Below, one piece after another: positions 9,819 through 20,817 of a DNA stretch of 20,819 bases. Source of the DNA: Paraspadella gotoi (Eukaryota; Animalia; Chaetognatha); assembly GCA_051294375.1 (NCBI GenBank), contig JBJCIZ010000866.1:1-20819 (forward strand). Reading direction: 5' to 3'. A program made the position numbers and the translations under genes. The notes below the pieces were generated by a model. It ran no database searches. It was given only the letters and a program-made list of their open reading frames with translations, and was not told the DNA's origin. Positions within the stretch are counted from its first letter, which is position 1. Every line of letters starts with the position of its first letter.

Positions 9819-9856
9819 TTTTTATCGAGCCAGGACAGGCTTCGCCTGGTCCTGGC
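9819..9856 (+). mobile_element. 5' terminus of Helentron/DINE-1-like family B element
   Basis: TTTTT + ATCGAGCCAG (inverted copy CTGGCTCGAT at 17182-17191) + hairpin GCCAGGAC-AGGC-TTC-GCCT-G-GTCCTGGC. Confidence 0.7.
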
Positions 9857-12800
9857 AAACTGACGATTATTTAAAATACGTATATTAAAGATGGCTATAT
9901 ATATAATGGGCAAAGCCTTGTAAGTTATGATAATCAAATATTAATTTTTTTTAAAATGTTACATGAGCTTTTGAGATATAAAATAAAGACCTAAATAAAA
10001 ATATTTTGGTAAATTTTATTTTCACTTTTAGGTTTTATTAAAGTTAGTTAATAATTTATTCAACATATGAATAAAAAGTTAGGCCTAGAGTTAAAAAATA
10101 ATAAATTAAAATTTTATCCCGGATTCGCATTCGTTGCAAAAAGTTGGATATAAGCGACAATATAATTTTTTATTAAAAAAATATATCATTAAGTTACTGA
10201 AATTTTTGAAAAAACATAGATTTAACCAAAAATGGTAAAGATTAAACAAAAAAATCATAGTTTTTAACATTTTTAAAACCAACTTAATGAAAGAATTTGC
10301 TTTAAAGATGGATTTTACTTTCTTATATCAACTTTCTTGAAAAGAATTCAAATACGGTTTTAAATTTCAAATTTATTTTCTTACTTTAAGACCTATTTTT
10401 AACTATTACATTTATTAATAATATGCTAACAAGCTGGTTAATAAAATATAAAATATTGTAAATAAAATTTTCCGAAATATTCTATTGGGTCTTTATTTTC
10501 TTATTATATAGCTAAAATGATTTTATTCAAAATTTTATAATGTTAGGTTTCCCATTACTCTAACAATGGTTGCGCCATTTAATAGCACAATATATGCTTA
10601 AAATCTCCACTTGAGCGACAAGGAAGATGAAACAATACAAGGAAAGTAGTTATATCATTGAATTCTCTCAGCCCATATTACATAAATTAAGGACTAAGCT
10701 CTGACGAACAAAGCCCGAAATTTTTTAAATATATTCTTATAACCAGCCAAGGTTAAGAATGATGACAACTATTGTATAACTATTCGTTTTCAAAAAATCC
10801 GACCATAATAATAAGAAAATATTAACCAAATCTTCGGTAACACTCCACCGCCTGTCCTTGGAAGATTTTACGCCATAAGAAGATTTTTCCGAATTTGACT
10901 CGCGGTTGAGACAACTCTTAGTGAATTCCGATCGTTACGCTCCATCTTTTAACTTTTACTGTTGTAAATAAAAATTTTAGTACCAAATGGACTAATTCAC
11001 GTCTCTACGCATAGATCATAAATTGAGTACAATCAAAATAAACAAATAAAATGTAAAGAAAATTTTGAGAGCCCTTTGGACACTTTGTAAAAGGATTACC
11101 AATTAGCCATGCTACATGTTGTTATATAGAAAATGGGAGGGAATTGAGTAAACACCTACAGTGTGCGAAAGAGCGGTTCTTAAGCGTCGTTAGGAGAGAA
11201 GTGCAGTATGTGCAAGGAGAATGAATAACGAGATGTCCGTGTATTCCAGGTATTGTCTATGATATGAATAATCGAGGAACGGAAGAGCTAGGCGTCATTA
11301 AATAGTTTGCCAGATCGCGAGGGAGTAGCAAGTCATCACTTAATGGGTTACGTGGCTTGATTGATTGGACTATTCGAAAGAACGTAGGTTCGATGTTTAG
11401 TTACAAGAGGAAAGAAAATAAAGTTGCGAGGCGCCTTCAGAGCGATGGCAATCGAAGAGATCTAGGAAATCACGAGCTTGTTTTTACTCGATGTTGGGTG
11501 TGGTTGTGACAGCGAATGTTTTGTACCGAGGAGCGTTTATTATTGTATTTGGTAGTCGATAACTTGAACGAAAATCTTCATTGAAAAATAATCTTACTCG
11601 ATCTCTAGACACGCGTAGACTCCTAATTAAAACAATAATGAATGAAATTAAATATCTTATGATATTTTGTTATCTGCTTTATCTGGAAACGCTGACTAAT
11701 TAAAGACGAGTCGATGCATGTCTACTTGACTATAAAGTCTGTGAAAAATACGTCATTATTGGATCTATGTAATCATTGCAAGCCTGACCAACGCAATAAG
11801 TTTGTTGGACAGCACTGGGCTTGTATTATACAGTAAAGAACGGACAAGTTGTTTTAAAAAAGACAGTAGCTGGCGACTTTTTGACGGAAGAGCATAACAT
11901 CATTGTGTTCTATTATGTATGATGTGACTTAAATTTGTCTTTTAAATGATAACAAACCTTTATACGGAGGAGATTGTGAATATCTATCTAACTTATCTAA
12001 TCCCATTTTAATTTTTTAAGCAAAAATTCTTTCGCGGAAGAAGAAGCCCCATTGGACTAAGGGTGATCATCATTGATCAATGATTCTATGTTATGAAGGT
12101 ATTATTGTATTCATGCCATTTTCACCAAGACATAAAAAGTCATGATAAACATGTCAGGTAGGCGTTCGAGAGTATAGTACCGCCTTTCTGCAACCATGTA
12201 TTCCAAATATTCCTTCTTTATTCGCTTTTCAATGGTATTAAAATATTTGAAGAAGAACAATCGGCGTGGAGAAATGCATTGGTAACTTAGTGTGCGCCCA
12301 CTTCCCGATCAGACGGCAATATCGTTGTCGCTGAAAAAGAGAGAGGTTATTAAAAGTATAGAAGACGTTAGGTAGTTACAAGAGTTTAGCTGGTTTGAAT
12401 GAGGTCAGTCGTTGGCACAACGTCTAAATGTGCAAGGCAAGAATCAGGGTGACACGCGCGCGAAGTGTGGGACGATCTCAAGTAGGCATAAGCATTAGTA
12501 GACGATCTTGCAATGTAGAAAGAATTAAAGTGAACTATTTGGCAGAAGCTTAGTGGCAATATGGCATGTACAGAGATATGTATATGACAGTAGAGACAAC
12601 AAATTAAAATTTTATAAATTTGTGTGCAATCCACTACAAATTGTCTTATAATTTACCACAAATTCTGTTCTTCCATAAAACTAGATGTTCAAAGTAAAAA
12701 GCTCAAGTCTTATATCTCTAAGCAACTAAAATTTTCAAGTTGCAAAACTAATTCTTTTAAGCAGTAAGCATCAATTTCTACTTCTTCGTAGTTTTTAAAT

Positions 12801-14715
12801 GAATGGATAATTTTTATACTTACGGTTCTTACAATTTCAATTAAACTCTTTTTTGAGTAACTAATACTCGAGCTCCGTAATCACTAATTAATCTACATAC
12901 AACACTACTTATGCATTTGCACGATGCATTTTTTTGTTCCTAGACAGTATAAAATTTTCAAAATTTGAGTTTTCATTTTCTCTTTTACACTTTATGTATA
13001 ATGTTCTATATCACTAAACAGGCTGCCATTTAGTAGGAATACTCTGCAAAAAAATACAAAATCCGGATTAAAAAAAAATAAATACAGTAAGACGTGTTTA
13101 GTTTAGCAACGCGTGACTTGGAGTTAGAACGATACTCCATTCATCCCACATCCCCTTTTTGTGTGTATGTCGTGTGGTGATACTATGGCAATGAACATAT
13201 AGAGTAGAGCATAGTCAGTGTGGAGATAGAGATAATCAGCAATGGCGCAGGAATGGAACTTATATGCTTAATGAAGGAGTAGGAGAGTTGAAGTAAAACG
13301 AGGAGATATGAGGGCCAGAATCAACGCGTTTGGAAGCAATCTTTTAGATACATAAAACGGTAATTGGTCAATGTGTAGCCGCCGTGACATGACGATGGAC
13401 ATACGACGTGAAGTTACATAAATGAATGGTGACATAACATGGATTATGTGACTGAGAATATTGACACGACTTTTTTAAGCCACACACGTATATGGACGTT
13501 GAATTGAATACACAGTGTCAACTGCCAGTAAAAATTCGTATCAAGTGTTATTTCTTATTTAGCTTCTAGGAAATTTTCCTGAAGGCGTGCGTGACTTAGA
13601 ATTTGAGGTTTTTTCTGTCTGAAAAAGAGCAACCAGACTATAATTGGCGATTTACTAATGCAATTGTTAACTGTAAGTGGGAACCAAGAGACCGACGGAC
13701 AGACAATACCGACGGACGCCAGACCAGACCCGGAGCCGGCAAAGTGACTTATAGAGTATGCTCGGTGCGGACTACGTCGAGTAATCGCTCGGCGCGACTA
13801 AAAGACAGAGCGCCTTTGAACAAAATAGTAAACGCGATGAATAACATTTTCAGGAAGATCGAGCTAGGAAGCTACTCCTGGTTTGGGGTGGTTTTAAGCC
13901 TGATTGTATGGAACTTTAACTGTAGGTACATTATGTGTAGAAACTTTTTTCGTTTTGGCTGTGTTTGGCTGATGAAGGTGAATGAATAAGGATGCGTTTT
14001 AAGATATTGTGCAAAAACATTTATTATTAAGAGGACGCAACACTTTTTTGCGCTGCTTCAATTCGAGAGGCCCTTCATCAGCGCCAAAGTGTTGTTGTGA
14101 AATTATTAGGGGCAAAGGGAAAATTTTTTCATTGAAAGGAGGGGAAGAGAGAGAGAGAGAGAGAGAGAGAGGAGGAGAGAGAGAGAGGAGACGGAGGGGC
14201 GCCGGGCAATGTTTCACATGAGAGCATGTTCGGTCTGTGTAAATAATAAATTAGTTGTTTAAGTGCAAGATATTTAAACTGTTATAAAGATTCGGAGGTA
14301 CTATGTATGATAAACAGCTATGAATAAAAACTTCTAAGATAAACTTGGCTAGATAGTAGACGGATGTGAAATTCGAACTAAAGAATTAAGTCCGTTTTTA
14401 TTAATTGGTTGTCTGGGTTTATGATTTCTTAGTATACATCGTACCTGTTAGGCAATGTGTTAATTTTGTGCTTCTTGCACTCATGACGCATATTGCATGT
14501 AATAAGTTAGTAATAAATAATAGAAAGATCATTATAAAATGATTGTTGTCTTCTGAAAATATGTCATAAGCTAGATAAGAAAGCGTAGGTTAGGCAGCAG
14601 CATAGCCAATACCCGATAGATCTTTCAGATAGACCCCTCCTCGCGTAATTATTTGAAGTGCAATCGACTACTGTTTCTTATCGCAAGCCGGGCACAGGCC
14701 TTCGCCTCGGCTGGC
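9857..14715 (+). other. Error-rich duplicate of 5848-9856 (probable raw long-read gap-fill artefact)
   Basis: Collinear with 5848-9856 throughout (e.g. TTTTGAGAGCCCTTTGGACACTTTGT at ~7013 and ~11063; AATCGGCGTGGAGAA at ~7920 and ~12259) but ~4.86 kb versus ~4.0 kb, with dense 1-2-nt insertions. Confidence 0.85.
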
Positions 14716-15660
14716 GTGCTATTAATGTTTTTTGAGGACTTGCTTTTTGCGACGTTAGTCCGTACGTGTCGTACGTCGTCCCGTCACGCTTAGTCTTATT
14801 ATAAGGAAGCTACTACGCTTTAATTGGATAGGTTTGGTCATGTTGACTTACCGTTGTTCTTTAAATAAAATTATTATGATTAATTCATAAATAGTTTTAC
14901 AAAAGTGATGCAGATCGATAGTAAGCTAAAAATTTAGACTATGGCTTCTCATTTTTGAATAGCTTTGATATTTTCTTACTTTACATTTTGAAATTTAAAG
15001 TTTTTTTTTGTTGTGAAATTTTCCACTTCATTTAGTGTTCTGCAATATTAGCAAATGAGATTATAGTGACTTAGCATTGTAGTAGTATATGTTCCACACG
15101 AGGTAAAATTAACGGCTGCGCGGTCAGAGGTATATACAAGATGATTTATCTAATGTTAACATAGTTGCGAGTAGTCTAATATTGATATGCATGGAGTGAA
15201 ATTCAAAAAACTTTTTTTTTTACAATAGCTCTAAAGAAATATGGGGACAATAATAAGCATGGATTTTTATTTAATGAGAAGCTATAGATCTTAATTTTAA
15301 TACAAATAAAAATAAGAATTCTTTCTTACACGCTGCGCATTGGAAAAAAATTAGGAAGAAATCCCGATATTTGTAAGCAATTGTTACACATTTTTTGCAC
15401 GTTTCTTCGTTTATTTATTTTTTAAATGTATATTTAAGTATAATCATGCTTGGTCTCTACTTTTCTCTCTCTACTCCTATCTCTGTACGATTGGCAAATT
15501 GCTTCATTCCTGGTAATCGTTCGGTATTTTTTGAAAAAATTCTGCATTTATTTTGTTTCCTTTTAAAAACATTTTATTATGCCCAAGTTTTATATGTAGC
15601 GCTTTTTTTCCAGCAATTACAAAAATCCCAAATGTTTACAGTCTGAGATTCTCCTAGACT
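14674..15660 (+). mobile_element. Error-rich copy of family B element (duplicate of 16295-16970)
   Basis: Shared AAGCTACTACG, AAAATTATTATGA, GCTAAAAATTTAGA(C)TATGGCTTCTCATTTT and TTTTTTGAAAAA..TTCTG with the post-gap copy. Confidence 0.75.
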
Positions 15661-16269
15661 GTTTTTGGAGAAAATGTTTAAGCAAAATATCTCTTACTTT
15701 GACCTGCATTTTTCAATCCAACTGCTAGTATCGAGGAAGCATTGCACCTAATAACGCGTCTTCGACTGGCCAACGGATATACTTTAAGCGTGTTATTAAA
15801 AGAAACATCAGATCCTTGACCGAGATCGACGATCCGCCCGTTGCTGAGGCCAACGGATAACCGATATAAACGATGCTCAGTGACCTAGATATTGCTTGTA
15901 GTCGTCATGGCGGGAAAGCACTTTCTCTCTCGGCTCTATCTCTCGTCGTGCTGTCTGCATCATCTTTTTCTCTCTCGTCGTTCTCTCTCTCGGTCTAATC
16001 GTTTATTTAACGATAAATTCTAATACAATTTTTAAGTATACCTTTCTATGTATGGGAAGTTAGAAGAAGAAAGTTTCTTAAGATTGGAGCTCTATACCGG
16101 CATAGAGTAAGATCATATTTTTTAAGTAGTACTTTTATTTTTTTAGAAAAAGCAAAAGGAGCTGTCGAACGCGCTATTGCAGAATTGCGTTCTAGGAAAA
16201 CGACGTTCCATGATGATTGGTTTTCTGGCACGAGCTGTCAGCGGCTGTCCAGCCTTTCTGTCTGCTCTC

Positions 16270-16294
16270 NNNNNNNNNNNNNNNNNNNNNNNNN
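16270..16294. other. Assembly gap (25 N)
   Basis: Run of 25 N. Confidence 1.
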
Positions 16295-17260
16295 GGCTCT
16301 ATAGATGTTTAAGGATTGCTGTCATTTGCTGACGTAAGTTCCGTCCGTCGTCGTCGTCGTCCGTCACGGCTGTTTTTATATGATAAAAAAGCTACTACGT
16401 TTGTAACTTATAGGTTTTGTGCTGTACCTTACCGCTTTGTTTTTTAAATACAAAATTATTATGAATCATTATGAAGAAAGTTTACAAAAGTGTGCAATCA
16501 TAGTACAGCTAAAAATTTAGATATGGCTTCTCATTTTGGAAAAGCTTTGATATTTTCTTATTACATTTGAATTTAAGTTTTTTTTTGTTGTGAATTTCCA
16601 ACTTCATTATGATTTACTGCAATAATGCAAATGAGCATTAAGCTACTCCATTATATATATCCAATATTAGTAATATAGCAAATGCTGCTTAATCTAATTT
16701 AACATATTGGAGTACTACTATTGAAGCATGAATTCAAAGAACCTTTTTAAATGCTAATAAATATGGGAACCTCTCTCTCTCTCTTTCTCTCTCTGTCTCT
16801 GTCTCTCTCTCTCTGTCTGTCTCTCTCTCTCTGTCTCTTTCTCTCTGATCGTTCGTTTTTTGAAAAATTCTGATTAATTTTGTCCTTCTAAAAACTTTTA
16901 TTATCACCATTTATTCCGCGCTTTTTTCTCAATACAAAATCCAAAATTTACATCCGAGATTTTCGTGGATTTATTCTCTTTCTTTCTCTCATACACGCAT
17001 TTGTTTGTTTTATTTACGATCATCGCGTCAATGAATGACTATCATCGCATCAATGAATGACTATCATCGAATCAATGAAAGATTATCATCACATCAATGA
17101 ATTACTATCATCGCATCATACAATATTTGGTTTTCATCGCATCAATAATTGGTTACCATCGCATCAATAATCAATTACTTGCTGGCTCGATCCTTATGCT
17201 TTTTAGATTTTTTTAGCCCGGATTGCTTTCGGTTTCGAGTGCACATCCCTTCCTTCCTTT
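16295..17260 (+). mobile_element. Helentron/DINE-1-like non-autonomous element (family B), nearly complete
   Basis: Starts GGCTCTATAG (end of the 5' hairpin), (GTCC/GTC)n at ~16339-16365, (CT)n at 16770-16846, 22-bp tandem array at ~17025-17170, subterminal inverted repeat CTGGCTCGAT at 17182-17191, terminal hairpin GGATTGC...GCACATCC at 17220-17248, then a pyrimidine/T run. Confidence 0.7.
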
Positions 17261-17334
17261 AGATATTCCACATTTGTCATTATATATAAAAATACTTTCT
17301 TTAAACTTGCTTTAATGTCATCACATGCACTAGT

Positions 17335-17516
17335 AGAATGCTTAGTTAAATACTTATTTTCACTATGGAGAGTCAGTGCATAGGAAACAAAATTTTTTTA
17401 AAAAAATTTTTGCCATATATTTCGATTTAGTTTCTAAGTCATCATCAGTGGCTGAAAGAGACAAAACAAGAAAAGGTAATAAATATAAAAAAATAAAAGA
17501 AAGGTTAACCATTAAA

Positions 17517-17549
<33 letters not shown>

Positions 17550-17585
17550 AAGTCAAAAGTCAAATTGACCAAATGACCAAAAACC
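17335..17585 (-). mobile_element. Penelope-like element 3' UTR / pseudo-LTR
   Basis: Second copy at ~20040-20300, where it lies directly downstream (minus strand) of the GIY-YIG C-terminal coding remnant. Contains a hammerhead core and a (GA)n tract. Confidence 0.75.
17412..17452 (-). ncRNA. Minimal type I hammerhead ribozyme (PLE-associated)
   Basis: Minus strand: GCCA-CTGATGA-T-GACTTAG-AAA-CTAAATC-GAAA-TA-TA-TGGC. Helix I GCCA/TGGC, core CUGAUGA and GAAA, helix II 6 of 7 pairs, AUA cleavage triplet, helix III reduced to the palindrome AUAU. Confidence 0.8.
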
Positions 17586-17693
17586 CAACAATTGAAAGAC
17601 ATTCTTTGTAGCAAGAACTGCACCCATCCTGACCCAAATCTGAAAACGGGAATATACAAATTTAATTGTCCTTGCTCCGAAAAATCTTATATA
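17586..17693 (+). pseudogene. Penelope-like retroelement GIY-YIG endonuclease N-terminal fragment
   Basis: Translates QQLKDILCSKNCTHPDPNLKTGIYKFNCPCSEKSYI: GIY...CxC...YI(G), the PLE-type GIY-YIG signature. Too short for the supplied ORF track. Confidence 0.85.
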
Positions 17694-18531
17694 ATACTAT
17701 AAACTATTATATTTATAAAATATATATTCTAAAAACGTATAATATTCAACGTTAATTTCATATTATTACAATAATAAAACGTTTTTAAAATTACGCGAAT
17801 AAAGAGCGTCATCGTTATGGTCTGACAAATCGATCGTAAGCTAATTTCAATAGATTAGGGTACCAAGATAAAAATCGTATCGGGATGCTCTCCAGTCGGC
17901 TATGAGAATTATCAAATCGAATAAAAGGGTGTTTTAAATTAAAGTAAATATATGGTGTCAGTCACTTGTGGGAACGTTTTAGAAAATCTTAAATCCATCT
18001 TGGATACACTCTGCAATAGCATAAATAAAGAATTTAACTAATAGACCCATTAACTGGAGGATCAGTATCAAAATGTCCAATGCCATCACTACGAATGGGA
18101 AAAATAAAATTTATAAAAGGTTAGTTTTTAATCTCTGTAGAGCAATTAAATAGCGAGCTGCTGGCATACATTAAATCTGTGCTACATGGCTGATGTTGTT
18201 TATAATGATGATAAGATAGAACATTGCAGCTTTATGCGGAGCAAGAAGGAGAATATCCCGCCTAAGCACTTATCCTCGCTACACGTCAGTTGTCAGTGTC
18301 CTCACTAAACCTGTACAACAATATTAGCTAGTCCCATTGATATATGCATTTATCATTAAATTATTAATTTGAACGGCACTGTAACTTTATGAACTGTTTG
18401 TTCACCTCCTTTGCCCCCTTATAGAGGAATTTTGCGGGTTGTAAATCTACAATAACTTTGCGTTTGTTCTCTAACGGCCGAGTTTCAGTTGCCGAAAATA
18501 ATATGAAATATCTTCAATGTACAATTTTCAG

Positions 18532-18756
18532 CCAAAATTCTATTTTCGAGGATTCGTTGGACTGCCGCAGATCGACGGACCTGAATATGCCTCGCTTTGA
18601 CTTGAAGGGACTCTTTCAGCCGCGACTGCAAATCATGATGAAGATTCCGTCCGAACCTATGACGACGAGGATGACAGTAACCGTGAATTCGTTGCGTAGC
18701 AGGAGGCGAAGTGGCGAGTCGCAAACGAAGAGCAGGCCACCACCCATAAACGATGA
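18532..18756 (+). pseudogene. Degenerate exon-like coding remnant, acidic, product unknown
   Basis: Follows the acceptor-like TTTTCAG and reads PKFYFRGFVGLPQIDGPEYASL*LEGTLSAATANHDEDSVRTYDDEDDSNREFVA*QEAKWRVANEEQATTHKR*. GC content is higher than the flanks. Confidence 0.3.
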
Positions 18757-20039
18757 ACCAGAAATCCAAATGATCAAACATTGTTAGTCTAAATATATGT
18801 CTGCTTTCATTTAAAAATAAAAATCGTTGTTCACAAAAAACTAAAATCTTTGTTAATTATAACTTAAATTAATCAACTTTTATTAGTTCATTAATACATT
18901 TCAGCATTATTTACGTAATTATTAGTTTCCTCATTTTCTATATCCCAAATTATTCTTTTCCGTTGGTTCAGTCCGTAATTTTCCGTTTGCTATTTGGCCC
19001 GGAACGAGGATTTTCGGCTTTACTCGATATCGATCAGACTTGCAATGATTAGTCATCTTACGTAGTTCAAACGTCTTATGTTGCTCACCTTATTTTCGCT
19101 CTCGTTAAGCAGCGAAAGTTTGATCCCCGGAACGCGGGCTTTCTTATTGGTTCGATTTTTTTGGCGCAATTTACTTGTATATTGTGAACGTCGTGGACCC
19201 AATGTTTAATGAAATTTCAAAGTAAGAAACTAGAGGATTCGCTATTCGATCTATACCAAATTTATAAAAATATCGAGGCCACGACAAAATAGAGATAGTT
19301 GGTCTTGCTATATTATGATAGACTTCAGAAGGGGTTTCTTTTAAATCCTAAAGAAAAAGTCTGAATATGTCTGGAGTTTATACTAATCTTTTACCGTATT
19401 GCTCCTTTTTATTTTTTTTGCATACACGAAAATGACCAAAAATCAACAACAAAACCTCTTCCAAAAGCTCAAAGAGACAAGTACTATATATCTGGAAACT
19501 AGCTCCTCTAAGTTAGTACCTTTTTTGCGGGGAACGGATTAGTTCTCATTTTAATATTCAAGAATCCACTATCTTTTTCCTTATTACAAACCATTGTAGA
19601 AGTAACTTGCGCACCTCTCCTCTTGCGATTTGTCTGAACTAATTGGTCGGGGGCGTCAGTGTTGTTAAGTATTAATGATTTCGCAGCTCAGATCAACATG
19701 TTTTTTCTACAACGATTTTAAGAAGCAATCGCCCAATCCTATTCATTCGATCATTCGAGCCTTTTAATAATTCTTGTTTATTCCTATTCGCTTTGCTTCT
19801 ATCCTTCACCTCTCTCGTTGTCCTAATCCCTCTTTTCTCTCTCCTTCTCTCTCTCTCATCTATATCGAAACATAGTTTTTAAAAAGTTAAACATTATAAG
19901 TAGAGAAGCTATTTAAAAAAAGTGAAAACAAGTCTAATTAAAACTTCAACCTACTGTTCTTTGTAAACGAAAGAAAGGTCTTTTGTTAAAATTACTATTT
20001 TCATGTTTCTCTCTACGCAATGAATTTCAGAGTTTAAAA

Positions 20040-20300
20040 GATGCTTAGTTAAATACTTATTTCTCACTATGGAGATACAAGTGCATAAGAACAACAAAAT
20101 TTTTTTTACAAATTTTTTGCCATATGATGTTCGACTAAGTTTTAATACATACATCAGTGGCTGAAAGAGACAAAACAAAGAAAAGGTAATAAATAATCAA
20201 GAAAATAAAAAGAAAAGGTTAACCATCTAAAGGAGAGAGAGAGAGAGAGAGAGCAAGTATAGTCAATAAAGTCAAATTGACCAAAATGACCAACGAAACC
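20040..20300 (-). mobile_element. Second (error-rich) copy of PLE 3' UTR / pseudo-LTR with corrupted hammerhead at ~20119-20161
   Basis: ATGCTTAGTTAAATACTTATTT...CATCAGTGGCTGAAAGAGACAAAACAA...AAAGTCAAATTGACCAAA matches 17338-17585. Confidence 0.8.
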
Positions 20301-20339
20301 AAAAGAGGGTTGCCCCCCCAAGATCACTTCGTCTGCAGC

Positions 20340-20712
20340 TCCATGGAACAAACCATTTTGAGTTCATAAGCCGTGCGCGTTTTCGAAGCCACGCAGCGCA
20401 CCAAGCTCTTCATTAAGCTCCATTGCGCCATGGTCCGCTGCTGACTGCCGACGAAATTTTCCAATGACTTCACGAACTTTGGTGTAGATGCGTACTAGCG
20501 CGAGTTTCTCTCGTTTTTTTTGCCTGACCATTGTTTTTTACATCAGTTGAGCGGTCATTGAAAAGCTGTGTGCTCAGGGCAACTGTTTTTAGTGTATTGC
20601 GTTCAAATACCTGAGTGTTGCCTAGTTGCCTGCTTTTCAATTGCCCCGTTCATGCTTCTTCACTTCATCTCGTTTCGAAAATTTCATAAATGTTTTGACC
20701 GCAATATAAATT
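20340..20712 (-). pseudogene. Frameshifted PLE GIY-YIG endonuclease C-terminal region
   Basis: Correcting indels by eye on the minus strand gives YIGQT (~20690-20710), HSGI..H.K.CPE (~20570-20625), KVREALEIRR (~20446-20480) and SSGPGNGLNE (~20406-20442), matching the PLE endonuclease RE.LEI...LN motifs. Confidence 0.7.
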
Positions 20713-20737
20713 NNNNNNNNNNNNNNNNNNNNNNNNN
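20713..20737. other. Assembly gap (25 N)
   Basis: Run of 25 N. Confidence 1.
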
Positions 20738-20739
20738 AA

Positions 20740-20817
20740 AAGCAGCACTGGAACCACTCAGGTATTACCCAACACTAAAAACATTGCCCTGAGACACCAG
20801 ACTTTTCAAATGCGTCA
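20740..20817 (+). pseudogene. PLE GIY-YIG endonuclease internal fragment, inverted relative to 20340-20712
   Basis: Translates KQHWNHSGITQH*KHCPETPDFSNAS; at the nucleotide level it is the reverse complement of ~20540-20640. Confidence 0.7.

Noticed and set aside
9829-9856. GC hairpin resembling a bacterial terminator or REP
   Set aside because: The context is eukaryotic and the hairpin is explained as the 5' end of a Helentron-like element.
12386-16231. ORFs within the noisy duplicate, including the 128-aa ORF 13603-13989
   Set aside because: Not present as ORFs in the cleaner copies; they are products of indel errors and of (GA)n translation.
17025-17170. CRISPR-like regular repeats (also 421-662)
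   Set aside because: Units are contiguous with no unique spacers, and there are no cas genes.
17363-17659. 98-aa hydrophobic ORF (-) and 66-aa ORF (+)
   Set aside because: They translate the (CT/GA)n tract and PLE UTR; the real coding signal is the plus-strand GIY-YIG frame at 17586-17693.
18120-18140. Possible 21-nt GT-AG micro-intron
   Set aside because: Too short for typical animal splicing, and no intact flanking frame supports it.
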